DNA of 64,000 nt, taken from Eledone cirrhosa (lineage: Eukaryota). The notes under the pieces are model-generated. The model was not told the origin of the DNA. It was given only the letters and a program-made list of their open reading frames with translations, and searched no databases. The stretch spans positions 101,122,001 through 101,186,000 of the forward strand of contig OZ024742.1 in the NCBI GenBank assembly GCA_964016885.1, read 5' to 3'. This document shows positions 1-14,000 of the stretch, piece by piece. The first letter of the stretch is position 1. Each line of letters begins with the position of its first letter. Both the position numbers and the translations under genes were made by a program.

Positions 1-756
1 CCAGGAGTTATTAATACCTGTTATTTTATCAATCTCTATTTTCTGGACTACTTACATTATAAGACAAAATCAAGAACAGATATGGACAGATGGACACAGG
101 CACATACACTGAATATAGACATTGTGTTTCAAATAGTATATTTATGCAGAGTTGTAGTTATTATTTCCCACAAAATTGTCCACCAATAGAGTTATCTATT
201 TCTGAGCAATGTTAGTAAGTATATAAATATATATATATTCTTGTGTGTGTGTGTAGCTACATGTGAACATATAATTCACAAGGAAACAAACTCTCAAAAC
301 TACATTCTTATTATTTATTATCAAAAAGTCACCATCAGCCATCACACTTCCTATACTTTCTTAACTTTTTTGATACTAACCCACTCAAAACCACATCTGG
401 TTCTGTGAAACAAAATTATCCATTTTAATTGGATTCTATTTAAACTAAAACATTTCACCATAATTTTATATAAACACCATGTTTAGTTACATTACAAATA
501 CCATCTTAATAATGAAATAGCAATTTTAGTAAATTCTTCCATATCCTCCATTAATTAACTGAAATATAAAGTAAGCCGTTAGAAATATGATGATGAAAGG
601 GTTAAACTTTTAATCTCTGATGACCTTCCATAGCAACAACACAGACTGTAACATAGGCTAGGTTTCTTTCTTTCTTTTTTTTTTTCATGGGAGAAAATAT
701 TTCACTATTAACAGCACACAAATACAGGCATGAACTGTCACATATCTGACAGTGAG

Positions 757-771
757 GCTGCCATCTGCTGG
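757..771 (-). promoter_or_regulatory. Candidate CTCF site
   Basis: Minus strand CCAGCAGATGGCAGC matches the CTCF core consensus; it lies in non-repeat-looking sequence. Confidence 0.4.
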
Positions 772-833
772 GGCATCTGATGTAGTGTGGTACAGAGTAC
801 TTTGTATACTAGTCATAGAAACTACTACTACCA

Positions 834-866
<33 letters not shown>

Positions 867-873
<7 letters not shown>

Positions 874-1150
874 GTGAGAAAAAGAAATGGGGAAATCTTT
901 TTTTGAGAAAAAAACACGTTTGTTCCGTTAGCCATATATACAAACGTGTTTTTTTCTCAAAAAAAGATTTCCCCATTTCTTTTTCTCACTATTTTTTTTT
1001 TAGTTCTTTTATTTCTCACTCTATCTTCTGATGAAAAACTAACGTCTGAAACTAAGATTTTTTTGCTACTATATCAAGCGTTAAGTTAATATATATCTTT
1101 ATTGTACTGTATCGTTTTTCAGTGTTGTTTTCCGTTTAATTTTCGAGTGT
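867..1150 (+). mobile_element. Penelope-like terminal fragment with 5' inversion and a degenerate hammerhead
   Basis: Follows (TA)n. 57-bp inverted arms at 867-923 and 940-996; TCTT-CTGATGA...GAAAC-T-AAGA at 1024-1057; the downstream sequence matches 41510-41590 and 11013-11080. Confidence 0.65.
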
Positions 1151-2638
1151 GTGATGTTACTTCTATACTATTATTTCATACCTGATCCAGGTATTTGGAC
1201 ACAACGATCTTCACAGAACCTTTACAGGAATTGACTAAGCAAAAAAGAAAGAAGCCAACTGTCAGATCGGATCAAGGAAATAATATTTCTTCCCAATCAG
1301 TCACAACTGGCAGGATTTGAACTAAGGATGCACTGTGCTAGATCAGATACTGCAAAGCATCTCCCATCACACTTTCAAACAATTCTGCCAGTCACCATCC
1401 CCTACTGGACTGGTATTTTATTTATCAACACTGAATAGATGAGAAGCAAAGTTGACAGTTGAATTTAAACTCAGAGAGCAGAGAGTTGGAACACATATCA
1501 AGACATTTAATCTGACACCCCAAACATCCATGCGCCAATCCACCACCACCACAAATGCTTCCATAACTATTGGAAAAGCCCTCTGGAATTAATTGTGCCT
1601 GTAATACCTGGACACCAACGTGACATTGCAGTATACAAGTAACGAATTCGGGTGCCTTCTTTTGAGGTAAATATTATTAAAGGTGGTGCCCCAGCATGAC
1701 CAGGAGAGAGAGTGTGGTGTGTGAGGGAGAAAGAGATATTTAACACTTGGCTGTATGGACTTTGTGCTGGCTATTATGTGGTGTAAGGATGTAATGGTTC
1801 ATCGCGGAGAGAGAGGAACGTGATGGAGAGTGTGGGGTTTAATTAAATGGTGGTGGCGGCGGTGGTGTTGATGGCAGTAGTAGTAGTAATAGTAATAGAG
1901 GTCAGGTCATGCAGCAAATAGTTGGGATAGTTTGAGGCTGGTTTGGTAACTTTAGTCACTCTTTTGACAAACACTGTTAGTCTTGTAAGACTGCTGTCTC
2001 GGCCATGATAACTAGTTGATTGCTACTGGTGTTGTGGTGTTGGTAGTGGCAGTGGAAGTAGTGGAAATGGTGGTGGTGCAGATGGTGGCCATGGAGATGG
2101 TTGTACTGGTACCGGTGACAGTGTTGGTGGTGAGGGTGTTGTAGAAGTGGTAGATAGATACAGATGAAAGGAAGCCGGCCTATATTGTACACACAGCTGA
2201 GCAAAAAATTTAATTTGCTGTGTAAAATCTAGTGATATATTATAGTACTAATAGAGGGGCATGATATAGGATAGTGTGTATGGTAGAGTGGGAGCAGAGA
2301 AATAGGTATAGAGAATTGTCAAAAGAAACAGAAAGAGAGTAGGGCAAGGTTCCCAGCTTGTGACTTGTAAGTAGCATTAGCATGTTACTTAAGATATTTC
2401 GTGCTATATCTATATACAAGGGTGGTGGGCTGGCCATTGCAGTATTTCTTCTGGCTCTTTACATTCTGAATTCAAATTCCACTCAACTTTGCCTATCATT
2501 CTTCAGGGATCGATAAAATATAGTAACAGTCAAATACTGGGAGTGATTTAATCAGCTTTGCCCATTCGCCAAATTTGCTGGCCTTATGCCTAAATTAGAA
2601 ATCTATATATCTATATATAATTTCACATTCATCATATA

Positions 2639-2961
2639 CAATAGAACCTCGGTTGACGAACGTCTCATCACGAGCAAATCAGTTCACGAATAATTTTCTC
2701 AAACATAAAACGTCTCAGTTGACGAACGTTGTCTTGAGTAATGAACACACAAGCCAGCAACAACGGTTAGAGTATTGGCAGGAGAGTGTTACTTGCTGTG
2801 TAGTTAGTTACTATGGTGATATCTATCTGTCTTTCACACACAGTCTTTCTAACATTGTATCTCTCAACATTTCATATGGGGGAAATAGTTTCAGTTTATG
2901 AACATTTCAGATAACGAACAGCTTTCAGGAATAAATTAAGTTCATGAACCAAAGTACACTG
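2639..2961. mobile_element. pogo/Tigger-like MITE
   Basis: TA flanks; ends caatagaacctcggttgacgaa / ttcatgaaccaaagtacactg. Confidence 0.65.
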
Positions 2962-2963
2962 TA

Positions 2964-3147
2964 TGTGCTATCAGTAAAGTGAAAGTTGACAATGAGTTCA
3001 ATGTGCAGTTAGGTGTTTGCCAGGGCTCAATTCTCAGCTGTCACCTGTTTATTATAGTTCTCCAAACTATAACATAGACGTTTAAGGCCTGGTTGTTTAT
3101 AGGAACACCTTGTGCTGTTAACCTAGTACTTACAGCTGAATCTGTCA
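2964..3147 (+). mobile_element. Decayed RTE RT fragment
   Basis: AISKVKVDNE..FNVQLGVCQGSILSCHLFIIVLQ aligns with the GVHQGSVLSPLLFIIVLQ region. Confidence 0.7.
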
Positions 3148-3605
3148 TGCTAAGCACTGTACACATTTTAAAGAAAGTATTATCTGTCTGAGATCCTTGT
3201 TGTGACTTGACAGAAGACTAAATTCTTCGGTGCATCTACACAGCATGACAAAGTAATCATGATAATAATAAAATGCACCCACTACATTGTGCAAAGTGGT
3301 TGGTGTTAGGAAGGGGATCCAGCTGAACAAATCACATGGACTATGGAATGTAAGAATGAAGACGTGATTCCCCAACCTGTCTAGTCATGAACAGTAACCA
3401 CCCATTCAACCCATGCCAACATAGACAACGAAATATGATTATGATGATAGAAGAGTAGGGAATATCCTTAATGAAAATAAAACAAAACCAAAGACAAAGT
3501 GAAAAACAGAACAATGTAAAATAAAACAAAATAAACAAAAAATATAAAACAGGAAATAAGTATTAAATTAAATTTAAAAATAGAGAGAAGAGGAAAATAA
3601 ACAAC

Positions 3606-3778
3606 TATAATAAACTTGATCCTCCTTTACAAAGATAAAACTGCAACTTGTTTCATCAGGCATTAGCTGAATATTAAATATAGTCAATAAGAACTATTGA
3701 CTATATTTAATATTCAGCTAATGCCTGATGAAACAAGTTGCAGTTTTATCTTTGTAAAGGAGGATCAAGTTTATTATA
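3606..3778. repeat. Perfect hairpin, 84-bp arms, 5-nt loop
   Basis: 3606-3689 is the reverse complement of 3695-3778; loop agaac. Confidence 0.92.
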
Positions 3779-3904
3779 TCCACACCACCACCCCACAGCC
3801 TTTGATACCAATATCCACACTTACCTCTACCAATTCATACACTTTATAGCCAAGCCACTTGGAACACTAACTGTTATATCATCATCCTTTGACTTCAACA
3901 TCAA

Positions 3905-4137
3905 TTTTTTTTTTTTTTTTAAATACTTTAGTTTTTATTGTGTTGTATCAGATGAAAGAATGGTATTTAACTAATGTATTGGTACGCGATGGGGCCCACC
4001 CACAGCTCCGGCGAACAGAATGGAGAAGGCGTTTCCCCGCAAGACGGCAAGGGAGACACGCTGGAAAAGCTACTCCAACTCGCGGGGCTCACACCTGCGG
4101 CTGGCCAGCTCAGCGCCTATGGTGGTGAGTAAGGAGG
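3905..4137 (-). mobile_element. 3' end of a CRE-like (restriction-like endonuclease) non-LTR retrotransposon
   Basis: GC-rich island. Minus strand reads SLLTTIGAELASRRCEPRELE*LFQRVSLAVLRGNAFSIL..., the LFQRxSxAxxRGNA C-terminal motif of CRE-clade ORFs. Followed by a short UTR, AATAAA and a 16-nt poly(A) (poly-T 3905-3920 on +). Confidence 0.75.
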
Positions 4138-4301
4138 TATTATGTCAGATTTCTATGTTAGCATGGGTTAGATCTGTTGTTATACAACAAACCAGTACTT
4201 AATTGGAGCTACTGTCCTCTTTGACAGATCAGGTTAGGCCAGGGATTGTGTCTTGTTCCATTTTGGCATGGTTTATATAAATAGTGATGTCCTAGTGTCG
4301 T

Positions 4302-4722
4302 TTAACCCTTTCATTAGCATATTTCTAATAATTGTTTCTACTTTTGGCGCAAGGCCAGCAATTACCCAGTGTATTACTGGTACTTTATTTTATCGACCCC
4401 GTAAGGATGAAAGGCAAAATTAACCTCAGCGGGATTTGAACTCAGAATGGAAAGGGCCGTAACTCTTTGCGTCAAAGCATGGCGTCCGACCCTCTACCAA
4501 TACTGCCAATCCACTGCCTTTTGACAATTTTGCAAATAATGACAAATTTCGAGAAATTTTATAACTTTTTCACCATTAAGTTGGTGTTTGGAGCATAACA
4601 TAAAGATTCTTACATAAAATTATGATGGAAAGTTTTTAGATAAATATAAACACTTAAAAATAAACAGTTTTGTATCATAAAACCAGGGGTGGTTTCAGGA
4701 AGTTTGGTATCAAAAAGGTTAA
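4302..4722. mobile_element. TTAA-flanked (piggyBac-like) MITE with a SINE inserted in it
   Basis: TTAA-CCCTTT ... AAAAGG-TTAA ends. Related copies at 361-605, about 6760-6990, 26730-26970, 40230-40810 and 44283-44532. Confidence 0.65.
4327..4518 (-). mobile_element. SINE family A
   Basis: Reverse-complement match to 5333-5527. Confidence 0.85.
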
Positions 4723-5332
4723 AACTACTTGTCTCACATTTCTTGTAATAATAAATATTAAGTCCCTTCAAACCATTGTTTAACTGCAGTCAGGCCTCAC
4801 ATAGAAAAAAAGTTAAGTTTCAGTTCTCCGTCTTAACAACATCGAGCCTAATTAGCTCTTAGTTGGTTAACCACTTGGGAAATATTGGTACTGTAAACAT
4901 AGGCTTGTCAGGTCGGAGCTTATCCTGGCTTCCTTAATTTTAAGTGACTGAGATGCCAGTCAGAGTTGACCTCTAGTCATTTGCTGGTACTCATTTTTCT
5001 TTTCAGTTGAGTGAACTGGAGCAACATGAAATGAACTGTTTTGCTCAAGAACAAAACAAACTACCTGGATGACATAATACCAGCCAAGCACTGGATTCAA
5101 TTTAATCAACTAACTTTTTACCTCAAATTTCTGACCCTATGGTAGATACAATAATTCATCATCATCACCATTTTTTGCCAACTTTTCCATGCTTGCATGC
5201 GTTAAATAGGTTCTTTCCAGCACAGCATCTCTCCAATCATCTCAGTCCTTCATCATCTACTCCATGAGATTCAGTGATTTGAGATCAGTTCCAACAGCCT
5301 CTGCCTTATTATTATTATTATTATCATTATAA

Positions 5333-5527
5333 GGGCGGTGGATTGGCAGTATCGGTAGAGGGTCGGACGCCATGCTTTCCAGCATAGTTACGTCCCTTTA
5401 CGATCTGAGTTCAAATCCCGCCGAGGTTGACTTTGCCTTTCATCCTTACGGGGTCGATAAAATAAAGTACCAGTAATGCACTGGATAATTGCTGGCCTTG
5501 TGCCTAAAGTAGAAACAATTATTATTA
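5333..5527 (+). mobile_element. tRNA-derived SINE, family A (young copy)
   Basis: Pol III A box TGGCAGTATCGG, B box GAGTTCAAATCC, (ATT)n tail; many copies in the window. Confidence 0.85.
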
Positions 5528-6992
5528 TCATTATACAAGTTTGGTGGATTGGCCATATTGGTAGAGTGTTGAACAAAATGCTTTGGAATATTTAGTTACA
5601 ACTTTCTACAGTCTGAGTTCCAATCCCACCAAAGTCAACTTTGTCTTTCATCCTTCCAGGATGGTTAAAATAAAATACTAGTCAAATACTGAGATTGATT
5701 TAATCAACTTTCCCTTCCCACACAATTACTGGGTTTGTACCTGTATGTAAATCTATTGATGTCCTTATAGGAAAGGATATATATCATTCCAGTTGTACCA
5801 ACTACAGGTGGGATGATGGATAGATTTCTTAATCTGTATTATAATAACAGTTCAGCTCTTTTGCTGTCTGTCACACAAACACTACACTCTTTTGAATTTA
5901 GCTTATGTAGACCTGTGATATTGTGAAAGGAGAAATAAATACTACTTTCTGATCTACTATTGTTGTTGCCAATGTCATCCTTGTAAAGTGTATTTTTCTT
6001 TATTATTTGTAAATGTTGCTAAGCAGTTTTTTGTGAGTATTTTAAAGATTTTGTAACACACACACTTACATTTGTGGTGGTTTTTAGAGACAGTTTGGGC
6101 ATTTAAACCTCTGATATTTTTAGTTTGTATTTGCACATGCAAAAAGAGATATTTTTAGATCATCATCATTTAACATGTTTTCCCTACTAGCAAGCATTGA
6201 ATGAGTTGTCACAGACCAAGTCATTACTCAAGTGGGTCTACTGACCTCTTGCTTACATATGTTCCTGCACTCTACCAAGAGCATTTTATCATGATACCAG
6301 CACTTGGGAGGTTATGTCTTGCACACAGAATCATCCCGACCCTTTATTTGGCTGTTTTCTACAGCTGGATGCCCCTCCTATCACCAACCACTTTACAGAG
6401 TGTACAGAGTGCAACTGTCGTGTAGATCACCAACACCAAGAAAGTTGTCATGAAATTGACAACTGAAGAGTCTTTTTGACCCTTTGTTTGGCAAGCTTTT
6501 ATTGGTTATATCACCTTCCTAATTAGGATACTTTACATTTTAAGTTCAAATTCTGCTGAGGTCAACTTTGCCTTTCATCCTTTTGAGATCAATAAAATAA
6601 AGTACCAGTCAAGTACTGGGGTTGATATAATTGACTTCTCCACTCCACAAATTGCTGGCTTTGTGCCTAAATTAAGCTGGTGTTTGCAACATAACTTAAA
6701 GGTTCTTACATATAATTATAATGGGAGGTTTTTAGATAAATACAGACATTTCACTCTTATGATACCAACACAAAACTGCCTCTGGTTCTATGGAACAAAA
6801 CCATTCATTTTAAAGGGTTTCTATTTGAATGAAAATCTTCCAATCTAATTTTATATAAAAAGCATTTTAAGTTACCAATCCATCTTAATAATGAATAACT
6901 TTAATAAATCCTTCCAAATTCTACATCAATTAATACAATGTATTTTATTAGAAATATGGTTTATTAAAAATATGATAATGAAAAAGTTAAAG

Positions 6993-7134
6993 TAGGCATG
7001 GGCAACCTTTTTTTAGCAGTGAGCCACATAGGATGTGGCTCATCATAAGGCAGGCGTGTCACACTACTAAGAGATTCAAGGCAATTTTGAAATTAGGTGT
7101 GCCATTCAAATGGGCCACAGTTTACCCATGACTG
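6993..7134. mobile_element. hAT (Buster-type) MITE
   Basis: TIRs taggcatgggcaa / ttacccatgactg; 8-bp TSD agttaaag / ggttaaag. Confidence 0.75.
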
Positions 7135-8191
7135 GGTTAAAGCAAAGTTTTGTATCATAGAACCAAGGGCAACTTCAGGCAGTTTAGTATCAAAAGAGTT
7201 AAGCCAACTAACAGACACATTTTCTCACATATATAAACTTATATAAATTATTTCGTTTCTGAATTTGTTTAGCAAGATTCTTATATAAATTATATTTCAT
7301 TAGAAATATGGCAACAAAAGGTTTTTCTATCATAGAACTAGGGGCAACTACAAATAGTTTGGTATCAAAAGAGTTGAGCCATTACTATTAACCAACCAAC
7401 AGACACATTTTCTCACTGAACCACAGTAACAGTCATGTCTCTCCCTAACTTCTGTCACCATTTAAACATACACCCCCTGTCCCCCAGTATCGAAAATCAA
7501 CATCACCCACCACCATTCACATTGAATAAACACCCTGGATACTATGTGTATATTTATATAATCTGAAAATAATTTATTCCCTTCCCTCCAGAACTTTCTC
7601 AAATGGCTAAACTATCAATTGAACAAGAGAGAAATTCTTAACCACTTAAGCAGTCACACACACACACACACACACACAGCAGCATACACACACCTACCTG
7701 AAATACTTTAAAAAGTGTGTGTATGTGTGTATATGTACATATGTGTGTGTGTGTGTATGTGTATGCATGCATGTATGTGTATGCAGAATGGTGGTGAATT
7801 GAACACTAAAATAACCCAAGAGAGGCTGGGGGTGAGATAAGTGACTGTGATGGCAGTTATGTCTGCAGGTGGTGGGGTTGTGAGTATAATGGACAGAGGG
7901 GGTAGAAATGGGGCAGAAGGAGTGGTAGGTTCTGGTAGGTGAGGAGATGGTGGCAATGTCTGACAGGGAAGGAGGTGCTGCAAAAGAGGAAGAGGAAATA
8001 TTTTTACTTTATCACATTCTAATTCCTAATTCAAGTGGGTGTGTTTTAGCTCCACTGAACACACATAGACAGACAGGCATGTATGTGTATATATACACAC
8101 ATATATATATATATACACACCACAGAGAGTCTAAGAGCTAAACAGTCTGTAAAGAGGTGAAAACAGATATTAGGAACTGATAAATGGAAGT

Positions 8192-8255
<64 letters not shown>

Positions 8256-8324
8256 GTGTGTGTGTTTGGAGTCCCTCCTCCACAGGCTCCTTAAATAACT
8301 CTGGGGCTCTTTTTGAAACTAGTG

Positions 8325-8367
<43 letters not shown>

Positions 8368-8442
8368 CTCTTTTACTCTTTTACCTGTTTCAGCCATCCG
8401 GCTGAGGCCATGCTGGGGCACCGCCCTTGAGTATATATATAT

Positions 8443-8762
8443 AGAGAGCATTGGCCTTGCAATCAAAAGGTTATGAGTTCAATTCCCAGACCAGGTGATG
8501 TGTTGTTTCCTTGAGCAAGACACTTTATTTCACATTGCTCCAGTTTACTCAGCTGTAGAAATGAGATGATAGGGACTGCGGTCCCTATAATAACACTGCA
8601 AAGTGGTCGTGGAGGTGCCACGGCAAAAAAGCACCCAGCACTCACTGTAAATGAGGTTGGTGTTAGGAAGGGCATCCAGCTGTAGAAATCAAGCCAGAAT
8701 CAGTTCCCGTCCCACCCTTGCAGGCAGGGAAAAGGGGACGTAAAATGAAATGAAATGAAAAT
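8443..8762 (+). mobile_element. SINE family B
   Basis: Matches the reverse complement of 18666-19003. Confidence 0.85.
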
Positions 8763-10266
8763 TAGAGGCATATATGAAAGTGTATACAATATGCTTGTGT
8801 TCTTACAAGCTACTGAAGTAGCTGTGACAGATTATGACTTTAAAAAACCCATAGCGGGACTAATATATGTTTATTTTACATAAACATATTCTATATGCTT
8901 TCATATATACCTCTATTATGAACCACACTATGATAGTGCCATTGCTGATAAATCATATATAATATATATATATATATGGTTTCCAAAGAAAAACAGAAGG
9001 GAACAACAGTTAAGGTACTTGGTACATTAATAGAGAGGGTACATATATACATTTAATATAGAAATGATTTCTACAGGGCTACAACCATTTCGTTCATTTG
9101 AAATCATCAGGATTTTACTATGTTTTCAAACAAACAAAACAGCTAGATATGAAATAAATAAATATCTATGTGTATGTGTTATGTGTTTCGGTATGTGTAT
9201 GTAAGTTTATAGGCAAATGTATGGAGATAACATTCCAAGCCAATTTTTATCTGAGGAGTGGTGGGTAGAGGTGTTGCGATTACACATTTTGTCATTCTAT
9301 TTACAATGGACAAAGGACCCAGCAGCAGCAGCAACAACAACACTAACAGCAGTAGTCACAGCTTGAGAGTTATAGGAAAGCTTTATTCCTCACTGTTTTT
9401 CTTGTTAGTCAACATTTATGACATACAAATTAGGAACAACTTGTTGAAGATGTAAGTTTTATACAGCATACACCACTTGCACTGTTATAGCTCAGTTGGT
9501 TTTGTTAACGAACATTCCAGTAGTGTACAAATGGCTAAGTTTGCACAGACACAAGTACCCATAACAGTTCTCAAGGAGATTCAGTATAATACAAGTGAGT
9601 GACAAGGCTGGTCCTTTGAATTACATATACAATTGAGTGGACTGGAGCAACATGAAATAAAGTATTTTGTTCAAGAACCCAATATGCTGCCAGCAATCTT
9701 ACAATTGTGAGTTGGAAACCCTAACCATTAAGCCACACACCTTCCCTACCACCATTTGCAGTATATATACACATACATCACTGCAGTATATACATAATCA
9801 CTTGCAATATATATATACACTCAGACACCACTGACACAAAGTGTCCACCTACACAGCTCACACAAATGACAGACTATATATTCCCCAAATAAATATAACT
9901 TATAATTTATTTTTAACGTAACACTTAACATCCTGCAGTGATTTAATAGAAAATGTTGAGAAATTGGTTTGTTAAATAAAATGTATCTTTATGAGTGGAC
10001 AGATTGTGAAAATTTGCAGTATAATAATAAAGATTTCAAATTTTAATGTGACACAGTCATAGTGCTGTTTTGTACTCTTCAAGAATGTCTTGTTAATGTA
10101 GTTGTTTTCATGTGGTACAGGACATTAAGATTTAAATATTTGACCTGGAGATTTCTACCAAACATTTCTCTATGTTGGTAGGGTAAACTACAGAAGTCTT
10201 TTCTTAAGTTTACAACTCTTGAGCCCATCCATCAGGTTTGAAGATAGTTGATTTCTTCCAGAGAAG

Positions 10267-10298
<32 letters not shown>

Positions 10299-10924
10299 TA
10301 GAAGAATCGACCCCAGTAATGGACTGGTACTTTTCTATTGAGGCTGAAAGGCAAAATATCCATAGCAGGTTTTGAACTCAGAGCATAGAGAACCAGAACA
10401 AATACCACAAAGCATTTTATCTGATGCTCCAATGATTCGGCCAATTCACTGCCTCAGAAAAGTAGTAGAAATCTGAAAATCTATAACAACATTAGCTAGT
10501 AGCACAGACAGAAGAATTATGAAATAATTCAAGGAACTAACACATAAGGAACTTCATATCCAACATGTTAGGGTAAAACAGTTAAACAACAACATGCTAT
10601 GTCAAGTTTTAGAAATTGTTTGAAGTCTAGAACCATTGTCAATAGAAATACAATTGTTAAACCCATAGCAGTTGAAACATCTGACATTCTAGATCACCAA
10701 CCCACCCCTACTTACTGCAGTCAAGACAGAGATGGCCATCTACAAGAACAAGCCCTGTAAGCTGGACTGGCCCTTTCAGAATATCTCCCTCTTATAATCC
10801 TCCAAAGTAACACTTCCACAGTTCTGTCATCTGGGACCAACCAACACCCACCTGAGGTTTTGCACTTCAGAGAGACAGAACAGATGAAAGAACAATTTTC
10901 ATTGGTTCATATATACTGTTAGTA

Positions 10925-11082
10925 ACTATATACACTCTCCTCTATCTTTCTATTATCTCTTTAATTTCTCATTCTATTTTCTGATGATGGACTAGCATCT
11001 GAAACATTAAGACTCTTTTCCTACTATATCAAGTGTAAAACTAATACATTTCTTCATTGTACCGAATTATTTCTGTTTAATT
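10925..11082 (+). mobile_element. Penelope-like terminal fragment with a degenerate hammerhead (same family as 41472)
   Basis: CTGATGA-T-GGAC-TAGC-ATCT-GAAAC-ATT-AAGA at 10981-11012, followed by ctactatatcaagtg... Confidence 0.6.
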
Positions 11083-14000
11083 ATCAAACCCATGCAAGCG
11101 TGGAACACGGACGCTAAACCTGATGATGGTGATGATGATGATGATGTACACATATATATAGTCTCAAGAAAATCCATTGAATAAAAGAAAACAAGTGTTC
11201 TACAGAGTCAAAATATATTACTATTAGGTAGCAAGCAACTGCGGACATGATTGAATAAGTGATTTTGATCAACAGTTCAATAAAAGAGTGATGCATTGTT
11301 GAGGAAGTTACTTCCTTGTTTAACTTTCATAATACATATGTAATTTGGGCAGAACAAACACTAGATTTTCAGTTTGTTTGGTAATATTAGAAATGGAATG
11401 ATAAAACTGTGGTAGATAAAAAAACATCAACCATTTCATTTATATTAGAAGACACTGTCTATAATTTTCAATTAATTTCGAAATTAATCAAGAATTTTGA
11501 GGAGTTAGCAATATAACTATCTTTGGCTAGGTTAAGGTGTAAAATTCACGCTTGATATCTCACTGTTTTCACTTTCTCATTAAGCTGGTGTTTGGAACAT
11601 GACAGCTCTTAGATAAAATTACGATAAAAATAAACACTTTAAAATGAACAGCTTAGTATTATAAACTCAGAAGTTGTCTCAGGCAGTTTGGTATAAAAAG
11701 AGTTTACTATTGTAAACTTGGGCTATTGGGAAGCTATATATTGGTTGTTGTTACAGCTCACACCTATTTAGGGTTGCTGGCCTCCTATGAAATTACCTCT
11801 CATAGCAGGTTCCAAGGGTGTTTTTATAATAGGGACTGCAACCCTATCATATATATGGGTGTCTCAAGCTGTATATGATTCTAAATATATCCTTGTGGTT
11901 TATATGTACAATCTAAAAGTCAAATTATAATTTTAGATGAGGACACAGTAAATGATAATAATCTTCAAGTTGTGCCTAACCTAATTTATTAGGCACAAAA
12001 TGAATTAGGCATATGTGTGTGTGTATCATCATCACCATTTAACACCTATTTTTCTACGCTTATATGTCATCATTTTGTTTTTATGTTCCCTTTTTCATGC
12101 TAGAAGAGTGGGATGGGACTTCTGAGGCAATGTTTTACAACCAGATGCCCTTTCTAATGCCAACTCTTTTAACACACTCTTACAACACACATGGATATGT
12201 GTGTAATTATGTGTGTATTTATATGCTTATGTGGATATAGACTTGTATGTATTTTATATTCCATCATGTATGACCACCATTCAGATCAAGTTTCCAGAGT
12301 CTGAGGATAATCTTGTATTTTGCATATGAATTATTGATGCCATAGGGTTATAAAGTTAGATGCACTTCATACCATGACCATTTAGCTCTAAAATTAGGGC
12401 TGAGCAGAATACAGTATTTCTTCAGTTCCATCACAGTGACTGGATCAAAATTTCAAATTGATTTTTTTAAGGTCAATTGTTTAATCATCATCATCTGTTT
12501 TCTATGCTGGCATGGGTTGGATTGAATATCATGGTCCAAGATTAGATGGGTTAGAGGGGACCACGACTTGATGATATGTTCTATTTTGGACATGATTACT
12601 ACAGTTGGATGTCCTTTCTAATGTCAAACACTTTACAGAGTATACTATATGCATTTTATCAAGACACCAGCAAGATCACTTTAGAGAGTGTACTGAGTGC
12701 ATTTTATTGTGGTACCAGCATTATCACTTTACAGAGAGTACTGAATGCATTTTATAGTACTAAAGGTTGTCATATGCATGTCCTGATTGAAGAGTTTTCT
12801 CTATGTTGATTTGGTTCATTCATCAGCCAGTCTCATCCACTGCAGACTAAAGAGGGACTTCTTCCCTCCATGCTGTGCTAGTACTAGTGGACAGGTCTTT
12901 TCTAGTACACCAAGTTGCCAGTCATCATAATCCTGTGTTACTGAAGTAAATTCAAAAATCAAATATTCTAGGCATCCTTTTAAATGTTACCAATAGAAGA
13001 CACTGCATGCATTTGGTGGGATTTAAGAAATATTGAACATCTCCAAACACACATTATGTAAACATTTCCAAAAATCATTTCAAAAAAAATAATCAAAAAT
13101 TTTTTTTTCCAACACTATAATATTCATGATGTTAAAAAGGTTTGTATTTTTAGTTGGTTTCTTAAATATCAAGATTAAAGAACTGAATGCCACACACATG
13201 TATTTTATACTGGGGAAGACATCAAATGTTCAGGAATCATGCCGTTTTAAATGGAAGCATTTGATTAGTACATAAAAGAGAGGAAGAACACAGTAAATTG
13301 TTTCAACACTCAAAAATATCACTCAAATCTAGTCAGGAAATATACCTGGGTGGATCAGTTTGAATAATTTCATTCTAAAATAAAAAAAATAAATAGATCA
13401 ATGAATAAACAACCAGATATAGAAATATATTGGAGTTAATAACTGAACCTAAGTGAAAAAAAAAAGATAATAGTTAAACAGACACAGACACAAGTTTTTA
13501 TTTTAAAGTCATTAAAAGTTTAATCTTACAGTCAGTGACCAAACTTTTGAACTGATATTATCAATCTTATGTTATAATAATTGTTTCTAACAAAGGCACA
13601 AGACTAGTAATTTGGAGGGAAGGAAAAGTTGATTAAATTGACACCAGTACTTTACTGATACTTTATTTTATTGACCCTGGAAGGATAAAAGGCAAAAATT
13701 GAACTTAGAATGAAAAGAATTGAAACAAATACTGCTATGCATTTGTCCAACCTAATTATTGACTTGTGGAGAGTGAAAGAAGAGAGTGAGAAAGGGGCGG
13801 ATGAGAGAGAAGAGAAAAAGGAGACAGGGGGAGATGAGAGAGAAGTGAAAGAGGAGAAAAGGGAGAAGAGAGAGAAGGGAAAGGGAGAGAAAGAAGGATA
13901 GATGAATGAAAAAGAAAGAAGAAGAACAGGGAGGAGAGAGAGGGTGCGGAGAGACAGAAGTTGAAGGAAAGAAAAAAATTGACAAAAGTGGAAACGTGAA

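Noticed and set aside
1340-1380. Minus-strand ATGGGAGAT (MGD) as the missing MRLC exon
   Set aside because: The context translates FESVMGDALQ and lies in a decayed SINE.
4020-4202. Plus-strand ORFs over the GC-rich island
   Set aside because: The recognisable motif, AATAAA and poly(A) are all on the minus strand (CRE-like tail).
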